DNA of 47,961 bases from Microcystaceae cyanobacterium (GTDB lineage Bacteria; Cyanobacteriota; Cyanobacteriia; Cyanobacteriales; Microcystaceae). Below, piece by piece: positions 1 to 7,887 of this stretch. Location of the stretch: assembly GCA_041746575.1 (NCBI GenBank), contig JBGTGT010000122.1, forward strand, positions 1-47,961, given 5' to 3'. The notes under the pieces were generated by a model. That model did no database searches and was not told the origin of the DNA. It saw nothing but the letters and a program-made list of their open reading frames with translations. Within the stretch, counting starts at the first letter, position 1. Every line of letters begins with the position of its first letter. The translations under genes and the position numbers were made by a program.

Positions 1-135
1 TTTTGTTAGAACTAATAGATAGTATGTCGATTTTCGGGGCATTGAACCCCTTAATCGACGCGGGGAGTCCATGTATCCCGACGCTGACCTTTCAGGTACA
101 GCGCGGGACTTATAGCTCCCCGAACCCCTCAAAAG
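1..135 (-). mobile_element. Probable IS200/IS605-family left end (element continues beyond window)
   Basis: The minus strand reads GGGGAG-ctataag-TCCCGcGCTGtACCT-gaa-AGGTCAGCgtCGGGA-tacatgga-CTCCCC, a long imperfect hairpin at 62-121. A second hairpin follows (GTCGATT..AATCGAC, 26-59). This resembles my recollection of cyanobacterial IS605-group subterminal hairpins. TTTAA/TTAAC lies immediately 5' on the minus strand (135-140). Confidence 0.55.
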
Positions 136-201
136 TTAAAAGGCCACGGAGAACACTGGTTTTTTCCTCCAGCCATTGGTACGCCCGCCGATCCTTCTAA
201 T

Positions 202-891
202 GTGGTTGGATTTAACATAGATGAAAATGATCTAGTTGCAGGCGTTTTTTGGACGCAAAGTAAATATTCTTTGGAAAAATTGGGAGAGTTTGTCGGGGAA
301 GTCGCCTCATCTACCGAACCCCATCACTTAGTAGCCGATTATCAAGCGTTTAAAGAAAATTATTTATTGCCATCACCGACGATTTTTAATGATTTTGGAG
401 ATATTGCTGACTGGCATTCTCACGAAAATGCCGTTTTTCATAATCTGGGTACTTTGAATCCTCATGATGTTCAATTTACACAATCTTTATTTGACCACAA
501 TTTTGTTAATAGTATCGCCAATGCCTTAGCGGATAATACCATCGTTGCGACTCCTTTCGAGCAGGATGTTACCTTAGGATATCCCTATTTCAATAGTTTG
601 ATAGCTCCGGGGTTTTATATGATTCATCTGTGGTTAGGACGGGAAAATCCGGCGGGTTTATTTGCCAATACCCATCCCGAGGTGGCTCCCGATGCCATTG
701 AGGAACATTTGACCTTTGAAGATACCTCTGGCGAAGGTCATCATGGGGGGGATAATGATGGTGATGGTTCGTCGCCCCAATCCGTTCCTGAACCCTCTTT
801 AATCGGTAGTATGATAGGGTTAGGCCTCATTGGTATAACTTCCTTAAGATTTAAACAACAAAATGGACACAAATCCCTAATAAAAAGATAA
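202..891 (+). CDS. PEP-CTERM sorting domain protein, probably 5'-truncated
   Basis: C-terminal VPEPS, hydrophobic stretch and basic tail (LRFKQQ). The frame stays open upstream of GTG202 with protein-like sequence (LKGHGEHWFFPPAIGTPADPSN from 136). His/Trp motifs WHSH and MIHLWLGRENPAGLFANTHPEV. Confidence 0.8.
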   Translation: MVGFNIDENDLVAGVFWTQSKYSLEKLGEFVGEVASSTEPHHLVADYQAFKENYLLPSPTIFNDFGDIADWHSHENAVFHNLGTLNPHDVQFTQSLFDHNFVNSIANALADNTIVATPFEQDVTLGYPYFNSLIAPGFYMIHLWLGRENPAGLFANTHPEVAPDAIEEHLTFEDTSGEGHHGGDNDGDGSSPQSVPEPSLIGSMIGLGLIGITSLRFKQQNGHKSLIKR

Positions 892-1075
892 GATTGTCAG
901 ATTTTCAACAAAATAGCCCTTTGGAGGAGTTGAAAGTTGTTGCTCAATCCGCCGACAATGGTTGGCGACGGGATAAAAGATCGATTTTTGGAGTCTGTCT
1001 TGCCTACTCTAATTTTTTATTTTTATCCTGTAGAATTGAGCATCTTATAATTGTATTATTTCTTAACAATTGTCC

Positions 1076-2002
1076 ATGAAAATCTTAGTGACAGGCGCAA
1101 CAGGATTTCTAGGAACGTATCTTTGTTCTCAATTAGAAGTCCAAGGGCATCATATTACAAGAATTAACTCTAAAAATGCTGATTTAACCCAATCAGATTC
1201 ACTCTTATCCTTTAATGATACATCTTACGACCAAATTTTTCATCTAGCGGCATGGACACAAGCAGGGGATTTTTGTCTTTACCATCCGGGAGAACAATGG
1301 CTCACCAACCAAAAAATGAATACCAATATTCTGTCATGGTGGCAGGAATTTCAACCTCAAGCGAAATTCATTTGTATGGGAACAAGCTGCGCCTACGATC
1401 CCAATCTTCCTCTTTCAGAAGACTATTATTTGACGGGAATTCCCATTGACAGCCTTTTTACTTATGCCATGACTAAACGAATGCTTTATGCAGGATTATT
1501 AGCCTTAAATAAACAATATGGCTTAAGATATTTATGTTTAGTTCCTTCTACTCTTTATGGCGCAGGTTATCACACGGACGGACGGCAAATGCACTTTATT
1601 TTTGACCTCATCCGTAAGATTATCCGAGGGAAACTTTATGATGAACCCGTCGTATTGTGGGGAGATGGTTATCAGTCACGGGAATTGGTTTATGTAAACG
1701 ATTTTGCCAATTTAGCGATTAAACTATCATGCACCGTTGAAAATGACTTAATTAACATTGGGGCAGGAACAGAGTACACCATTCGCCACTTTGCTAAGTT
1801 AATTTCTGCTGAAGTCGGTTATGATTTTAAGCAAATTCAATTTGACAGCGATCGCTATGTCGGGGCAAAATCCAAATGTCTAATTGTAAATAAACTTCAG
1901 GAATATGTACCCAATTTTGTCTTAACTCCATTAGAATTAGGATTATCAAAAACAATCAAGTGGTTTTGGCTGGAACAAGAAAAACTCTTATCAGCTAAAT
2001 AA
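1076..2002 (+). CDS. NAD-dependent epimerase/dehydratase (GDP-L-fucose synthase/WcaG-like)
   Basis: MKILVTGATGFLG Rossmann motif, YAMTK (YxxxK), WGDG..SRELVYVND. ATG at 1076. Confidence 0.88.
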   Translation: MKILVTGATGFLGTYLCSQLEVQGHHITRINSKNADLTQSDSLLSFNDTSYDQIFHLAAWTQAGDFCLYHPGEQWLTNQKMNTNILSWWQEFQPQAKFICMGTSCAYDPNLPLSEDYYLTGIPIDSLFTYAMTKRMLYAGLLALNKQYGLRYLCLVPSTLYGAGYHTDGRQMHFIFDLIRKIIRGKLYDEPVVLWGDGYQSRELVYVNDFANLAIKLSCTVENDLINIGAGTEYTIRHFAKLISAEVGYDFKQIQFDSDRYVGAKSKCLIVNKLQEYVPNFVLTPLELGLSKTIKWFWLEQEKLLSAK

Positions 2003-2015
2003 GTGAGGAGGAACG

Positions 2016-2606
2016 GTGAGCTATTGGATTCAAAACAGGCTTAAAAGCCTAGAAGAAGCGTTTAACCCTAAATATTGTCGAGCAATTGATCATTGCATCA
2101 ATTTAGTTGCTCAACAATTTCAATCCGGGCATAAACTGCTAATCTGTGGGAACGGAGGTTCGGCAGCCGATGCGCAACATATTGCGGCGGAATTTGTCGG
2201 ACGCTTTCACCTACACCGCAAAGGATTACCGGCACTGGCATTAGGTACAAATCCAGCGACTTTAACCGCATGGGCGAATGACTACGAGTATGAAACCGTT
2301 TTTGCCCGTCAAGTTGAAGCTTATGGGCAACAGGGGGATATTCTCTGGGGAATTTCTACCTCAGGCAAGTCTCCTAACATCATTCGTGCTTTAGAAACGG
2401 CTAAAGAAACAGGCCTAATTACGATTGGAATGTCAGGCAATATGGGCGGAAATATGGCAAAATTTGTCGATTATCCCCTGTTTGTCTCTCAAGATCACAC
2501 GCCCTATACTCAAGAAATTCACTTGATTACCTATCATCGGATTTGTGAACAAGTGGAAGCGCAACTCTTTGCTCAAGTTGGACTAGAGGCGCAAGTCGCT
2601 GTCTAA
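2016..2606 (+). CDS. gmhA: Phosphoheptose (sedoheptulose-7-phosphate) isomerase
   Basis: CGNGGSAADAQHIAAEFVGRF, NDY..VFARQVEA, ISTSGKSPN, QEIH motifs. Confidence 0.93.
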   Translation: MSYWIQNRLKSLEEAFNPKYCRAIDHCINLVAQQFQSGHKLLICGNGGSAADAQHIAAEFVGRFHLHRKGLPALALGTNPATLTAWANDYEYETVFARQVEAYGQQGDILWGISTSGKSPNIIRALETAKETGLITIGMSGNMGGNMAKFVDYPLFVSQDHTPYTQEIHLITYHRICEQVEAQLFAQVGLEAQVAV

Positions 2607-2615
2607 GGTAGCGCG

Positions 2616-3182
2616 GTGAAGAACACTTCAGCTCACTCCCACACGCACTTACAAAAAGCCCTATTTTTAGATAGAGATGGGGTTATCGTTCAATATATTC
2701 CCTATCTTAGCCATCCCGATCAAGTTCAGTTGCCCGATGGTGCGGGTTTAGCCCTAAAAACGTGGCAAGATCGAGGATATAAACTCATTATTATTACCAA
2801 TCAATCCGGCATTGCAAGGGGTTATTTCAGCCTAGAAGATGTTGATGCTATTCATCAGTGTATTAAAAAAAAATACGCTCAATTTGGTGTTACTTTTACG
2901 GATATTTTACTCTGTCCCCATCACCCTAATCAAGGATGCCACTGTCGTAAACCGTCACCCTATTTAATCTTAGAAGCGGCAAAACGTCACCAAATTGCCC
3001 TTTCTCAGTCGTTTTTTATCGGCGATGCGCCTTCAGACTTAGATTGTGCTATACAGGCGGGATGCCATCCCGTATTAGTGCTAACAGGGAGAGGAGCGAC
3101 AACTCATCAAGAAATGAGTAAAAAAACTCAATCTATTTCCGTTTATCAACAGTTAAGTCATACGATTGAGCTAGTCCGCTAG
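2616..3182 (+). CDS. gmhB: D-glycero-D-manno-heptose 1,7-bisphosphate phosphatase (HAD IIIA)
   Basis: FLDRDGV, TNQSGIARG, CPHHP..CHCRKP zinc motif, IGD..SD. Confidence 0.92.
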   Translation: MKNTSAHSHTHLQKALFLDRDGVIVQYIPYLSHPDQVQLPDGAGLALKTWQDRGYKLIIITNQSGIARGYFSLEDVDAIHQCIKKKYAQFGVTFTDILLCPHHPNQGCHCRKPSPYLILEAAKRHQIALSQSFFIGDAPSDLDCAIQAGCHPVLVLTGRGATTHQEMSKKTQSISVYQQLSHTIELVR

Positions 3183-3298
3183 AAATATTTTTAAAGGTAG
3201 AAATTGCAAAATTGTGATCGCATTTATCGAGTTTTTTACTTTTGTAGGTATTAATAAGACTATTGCTCAATTGTAATCCCAGATTAAGGAGTGAGGCG

Positions 3299-3667
3299 AT
3301 GTTGAATCATTCTACTCAAAATGCGCTAGGAAAGGCTTTATTATTAGGATTAACAACCCTTAGCACCATGGCTTTTTTATCTGCCCCGCTGAAAGCACAA
3401 GCCGATGAGAAACCGCAAGAAGGGGTTGAAAAAACGGAAAAAGTTGAAACGACTGAAGTGACTGAAACCGAGGCAGTTAAACCAACGGAAGACGTTAAAC
3501 CAGAGGAAAAAGTTGAAACCGAAGACGTTAACGCGACCGAAAAAGTCGAGATGACTGAACCTTCTGAGATGACCAAACCGACCTCAGAAACCGCTAATGA
3601 GCTGATGGACAAAAAACCGGAAATGGACACATTGGATATGATTAATGTCGATATTCCAGCCCCGTAA
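3299..3667 (+). CDS. Secreted low-complexity acidic (E/T/K-rich) repeat protein
   Basis: AAGGAG RBS before ATG3299. Signal peptide ending AQA-D. Repeated EKVE(T/M) and KP(T/E)E units. Confidence 0.7.
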   Translation: MLNHSTQNALGKALLLGLTTLSTMAFLSAPLKAQADEKPQEGVEKTEKVETTEVTETEAVKPTEDVKPEEKVETEDVNATEKVEMTEPSEMTKPTSETANELMDKKPEMDTLDMINVDIPAP

Positions 3668-3800
3668 CGTCTAAATCGCTCAACGCAGAATGAAGAATTA
3701 AACCTTTACAGCGTGAGACGACTTAAGTCATCCAATCTGTTAAACGTCCCATTGCGTAATTCTATAAAAATCCATTCATAAAATTCATAAACGTATCAAT

Positions 3801-3833
3801 AAGGCTCAGAATTTTGATCTGGGTCTTTTTTTT
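3801..3833 (+). terminator. Intrinsic terminator
   Basis: AAGGCTCAGA-loop-TCTGGGTCTT stem (two G-U pairs) followed by a T run, between convergent genes. Confidence 0.7.
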
Positions 3834-3853
3834 ATTATTAACAATATAAAACA

Positions 3854-6091
3854 CTATAATGTTTGATAAAGTTTTTCTAATTTCTTAGAAATGTCTGGTG
3901 GTTTTGCCGTAAAATAGAGATAAAAACTGCCTTTCTTACTGTTTTTCTCTAACACTTTGCCATAAATATCTTCACTGATTGCGGGAGATTCGTGAGGCAT
4001 TAAAAAATTAATTTTAAGATTCGTTAAAGGAGGAGGAACACTATCAGATTCAGAGGCTAAAACGATTAACCCACCTTTCTCCGATAATTCAACTAACCGA
4101 CCATAATAAACACTTTCATCGATATCTTTACCTTGGACGATACGATACTGTAAAGCAATGGGATCATTTAAAGGTAAATACTGCTCTATTTCTTGTTCTA
4201 AAATTAAATTAAAATCACCCTTAATACCCCCTACATCATAAACGGTAATAGGATGGGGAATACCTTTCGGTTGAACTTCTTTTGTGCCATTGATAATTAA
4301 ATCCCTTTCGACTTCTTTGTAGGTACTTTCAGAAATTAAAATTTGTCCTCCCGTTGTATAAGATTCAACCCGATAAGTTAAATTCACCTGAGAACCTACA
4401 ATGCCATATTTAGTCCGTTTTTCTGAACCAATATTGCCCACCACAACTTCCCCCGTATTAATGCCAATTCCCATGTCTAACTTCGGTAAATCCCATACTT
4501 TCATTTGTTCATTAACCGTTTTCATCACTTGCTGCATTTCAATGGCACAAGCGATCGCTCTTTCGCTATCATCCGGTTTAGAAGTTGGCGCACCAAATAA
4601 AACGAGGATACCATCCCCCATAAATTCATCAATCGTTCCCTCATGTTTGGTAATGATATCGGCCATATATCCTAAATAAAAATTAAGAATTTTAATCACT
4701 TCTTCAGGGGGTAAACGTTCCGAGATTGCGGTAAATCCTCTTAAATCGGACGTTAAAATGGTAATCTTTTTACGAATGCCACCGAGTTCTTGTCCGGTTG
4801 GATTTTCTAGTAAGTTTGCTACCACTTGATCGGTTAAATAACGACCAAAGGTCTTGCGAATTTCAATCCCCATACGTGCAATATAGGCAGTAATGGCGAT
4901 AGTTGATCCCCCAAAAGCTAACAATGCCGGTACAACCGGAATCCACCATCCTGCGACAAAAGCATAATAGGTGCTGACAAATAAAATTCCCCCTGCCAGT
5001 AACACACTTCCCCAACGCAATAGAGAGAGATACTTTTTGCCTTCATTATAGCGAAATTGCCAGCTAATAACTGCTCCTAAGCCAGACCAAAACAAAATCC
5101 AGACTCCTTCTTGCCATTCCGTTACCGTTCTCATTAAAGGACGACTTTCCAAGGCAGAACTAAGAATTTGACTGGTGAGGTTGGCGTGAATTTCGACTCC
5201 GGCTGTTGGTTTAGGAATTTGCAATAATCCGCCTCTGTAGGGTGTGAAAAAGAGATCTTTGAAGCTTTCACCCACTTTGCCAATTAAAATAATCTTATCC
5301 TTACCCCAATCGGCTGAAACCCTATCATTCAGAATGTCTGTCATGGAAACCGTTTCAAAAAAGCGATCGCCCCCTCGATAATTAATTAAAACTTGAAATC
5401 CACCTGCATCAGCGCGAATATAACCACCATCGTTGGTTTCCAAAGGGGTAAAGGTGCTTTTACCCAATTTCCAGTTATCTGTTCCCTTAATCGGCTGTAA
5501 AGTCACCCCTTCTTTTTGAAGATAGAGTAAGGCAAGGTAAATACTTAAACTATAAATCGGATTCCCACTGGCGTCTTGGAGATAAATTAACCCCCGTCGA
5601 ATACGGTTATCTCCATCAAAAATTAGGTCATTTGCGCCAATTTGACCTTTTTCTTGAAGGATAGGTGAAGGAGCAACGGTTTCTCTTCCTAGTTCTCCTG
5701 CCACTTTCTGAATGCCAATCAAATTGGGAGTATTACCAAAGACTTCATTTAACTTTTCAGAACCGGGAGGAACGGGCAAATCCCGATACATATCCAGCCC
5801 AATCGCACTGGGTTGATGTTTTTTGACTTTATTTAGTAATTCTGCTAATTTTTCATCGGAAATCACCGATTCATTTAAGTTATGAAGATCATCCTCATTG
5901 ATGCCAATAACCGCAATTCGATTATCTTCTGCCTCAGGAGGACGTAACCGCATATAACTGTCGTACAATTCCCATTCCCACGGTTGTAAAAAACCAGCAA
6001 ATCGGAGTATGAGAACGAGTAAAGTGACGCTAGGGGTTGTAATCCAAACACCACGCGTTTTCCAAAGCAAATTTTTTAATGAATGCCACAT
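3854..6091 (-). CDS. CHASE2-domain class III adenylate/guanylate cyclase
   Basis: N-terminal TM, CHASE2 (IGLDMYRD, GVEIHA), three TM helices, cyclase core (SDLRGFT, FMGDGIL, GIGINTGEVVVGNIGS..R.KY..VG..VNL..RVE). Confidence 0.93.
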   Translation of the reverse strand: MWHSLKNLLWKTRGVWITTPSVTLLVLILRFAGFLQPWEWELYDSYMRLRPPEAEDNRIAVIGINEDDLHNLNESVISDEKLAELLNKVKKHQPSAIGLDMYRDLPVPPGSEKLNEVFGNTPNLIGIQKVAGELGRETVAPSPILQEKGQIGANDLIFDGDNRIRRGLIYLQDASGNPIYSLSIYLALLYLQKEGVTLQPIKGTDNWKLGKSTFTPLETNDGGYIRADAGGFQVLINYRGGDRFFETVSMTDILNDRVSADWGKDKIILIGKVGESFKDLFFTPYRGGLLQIPKPTAGVEIHANLTSQILSSALESRPLMRTVTEWQEGVWILFWSGLGAVISWQFRYNEGKKYLSLLRWGSVLLAGGILFVSTYYAFVAGWWIPVVPALLAFGGSTIAITAYIARMGIEIRKTFGRYLTDQVVANLLENPTGQELGGIRKKITILTSDLRGFTAISERLPPEEVIKILNFYLGYMADIITKHEGTIDEFMGDGILVLFGAPTSKPDDSERAIACAIEMQQVMKTVNEQMKVWDLPKLDMGIGINTGEVVVGNIGSEKRTKYGIVGSQVNLTYRVESYTTGGQILISESTYKEVERDLIINGTKEVQPKGIPHPITVYDVGGIKGDFNLILEQEIEQYLPLNDPIALQYRIVQGKDIDESVYYGRLVELSEKGGLIVLASESDSVPPPLTNLKINFLMPHESPAISEDIYGKVLEKNSKKGSFYLYFTAKPPDISKKLEKLYQTL

Positions 6092-6185
6092 TTTCTGCAG
6101 TGACCAATAAAGAGTAAACAGTCATTCGTTTAACAGGAGAGGCTGATGGGGTTAACCCCTGCCTAATAGAGGGTAGACGTCTTAT

Positions 6186-6929
6186 CTAATCCGATGAACA
6201 ACAGGAGATTAAAGGTTGATCAACTAAGGATTCTAAACCGACAGAGCTTAATAAGCTATGCCATACCTCTTTTTCTTGGGGTTGCAACTGGGCAATGGTA
6301 TCTAAGGTTTCAATCCAGAGGGCTGATTCTGCATAAGCTGCCGCTTTTTCGATAGGAGAGCTATTTTTAAGGTTATTTTCCATTGTTTCAGGTATTTCTA
6401 CCACGTTTATTTGTCCTGCGATCGCTTTATCTTTGTAACTTGCTTGAGAACTGCAAACGACCGCAAAACTCCATTTATAAGTATTTCCTGCTTTCAACAT
6501 CGCCTGAGCCGGAATTTTAAGCTTAATAATGCCTTTTGTGTCAGTTAAGTCAAACTGAGTATGATAAACCTCCATCGTCTCTTTTTCATCTGTCAAGGTC
6601 AATTCTCCTTCTGTAGCAGTCGTTTCCGGCACATAAACATAGATGACGGGAGTTAAACTGGCTGTTTTCGCTATATTTTCCCGATTTGGCATGATAGCCA
6701 CCATTGGTATTGTTCCTTCTTCGCCGACTAAACAGGTAGGATCATCTCCTCTTGTCCCCCCCCCCGTGGTTGTTTGAGGCGCGCCTCGATTTCCCGTGGG
6801 AGGAAAGGTTAATTGACTGATTAAGTTAGGAGAAAATGAATTTTGAGGAAAATAAGTAAATCCTAATAAACTCGGAGAAACAAAGAGCGTTAAAAGAGTA
6901 AACAGTCGCACAAAGGTAGGATAAAGCAT
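6186..6929 (-). CDS. DUF928 domain protein
   Basis: GAP..T.GGGTRG, P..YVYVP, YKWSFAVVC, YAESALWIETL..IAQL, W..LL.SVGL. Likely ATG at 6929. Typical CHASE2 neighbour. Confidence 0.85.
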   Translation of the reverse strand: MLYPTFVRLFTLLTLFVSPSLLGFTYFPQNSFSPNLISQLTFPPTGNRGAPQTTTGGGTRGDDPTCLVGEEGTIPMVAIMPNRENIAKTASLTPVIYVYVPETTATEGELTLTDEKETMEVYHTQFDLTDTKGIIKLKIPAQAMLKAGNTYKWSFAVVCSSQASYKDKAIAGQINVVEIPETMENNLKNSSPIEKAAAYAESALWIETLDTIAQLQPQEKEVWHSLLSSVGLESLVDQPLISCCSSD

Positions 6930-7070
6930 AAGCAAGATAAGAATAAGAACGTTAATTTTAAAAAAGGAAGTGACTTGTATTTTAGCCGACACAATTCGGA
7001 AAGTAGGCGCAAATGTTATGATTTTAAATAAATAAAGTTAATCATAAATTATTTAATAGGGATAAATCCG

Positions 7071-7448
7071 ATGAATTCGTCCGCAATGCCCACTATCTTT
7101 GATATTTTTGCTCAAAAAAAAGATGATATTGAATTTTTTAAAGAAAAAGAAGTGATTTTTGAACAGGGACAAATGGGGGATGTGATGTATTGTATTCTAG
7201 CAGGGAAAGTTAATATTATTTTTAATAATCAGATAATTAATACCCATGAGGCGGGGGAAATTTTTGGCGAAATGGCCTTGATTGACACGAAAATTAGAAG
7301 TGCTTCTGCCGTAGCAAGAACCGATTGTGAATTGGTGGGCGTCAATGAACGTAAATTTATTTTTTTAACCCAACAACACCCCTTTTTTGCCCTTTATATT
7401 ATGCGAATTTTAGCTGAACGTTTACGGAAACGGACTGAAGCAGATTAA
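7071..7448 (+). CDS. Stand-alone cyclic nucleotide-binding domain protein
   Basis: IFEQGQMGDVMY.I..G.V, GEIFGEMALID...RSASAVA phosphate-binding cassette. No HTH domain. Confidence 0.9.
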   Translation: MNSSAMPTIFDIFAQKKDDIEFFKEKEVIFEQGQMGDVMYCILAGKVNIIFNNQIINTHEAGEIFGEMALIDTKIRSASAVARTDCELVGVNERKFIFLTQQHPFFALYIMRILAERLRKRTEAD

Positions 7449-7603
7449 TATTAAGATGTATTTTTAAGAATTTAAAATATATCCCTTAAAATCTTCCTTA
7501 TTATTGCCTTCTTGGGCATTTTTGTACTTACTACTGGGTGCAAAGTGACAAATTCCCTTGGTATCTCCAAAAATAAAACGGTAATCTTGCCAGAAGAAGG
7601 ACT

Positions 7604-7639
7604 AAAAAAAAGAATAGGGTGGAAAATTCCGGCCCTATT
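7604..7639 (-). terminator. Intrinsic terminator downstream of the haloperoxidase gene
   Basis: AATAGGG(7613-7619)/CCCTATT(7633-7639) stem with inner GGAA/TTCC, followed on the minus strand by a T run. Confidence 0.6.
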
Positions 7640-7642
7640 GTG

Positions 7643-7855
7643 ACGTGAGTTCGACCATCAGAAAAGCTACGAAACTTCTTCATTTAATTTTTTTTCATTT
7701 ATTTTGTGCAGGGGGTGCGGGGGAGGCACTCCGTCCCCCGTTGGGGGGTTTGGGGGGCTAGTCCCCCACCCCCAATCAAGAATTTGTTTTTCCTTTCCCA
7801 ATCCCAATCAGAATGAACAAAAAAATTGAGATAATTGCCCTCGCCGAACTCACGT
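7643..7855. mobile_element. MITE copy 1 (213 bp)
   Basis: TIR ACGTGAGTTCG..CGAACTCACGT. 7-bp flanking direct repeat TATTGTG. Non-coding. Confidence 0.9.
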
Positions 7856-7887
7856 TATTGTGAGTTTTAATTTTTAAGATTATGCAA

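Noticed and set aside
3..200. 65-aa ORF in the track
   Set aside because: It overlaps the hairpin element and the better-supported PEP-CTERM frame, and has no recognisable motif.
7456..7643. Lipoprotein-like frame (LKIFLIIAFLGIFVLTTGC) after the cNMP-binding gene
   Set aside because: No in-frame start codon (TAA at 7473) and it runs through a terminator. At most a decayed remnant.
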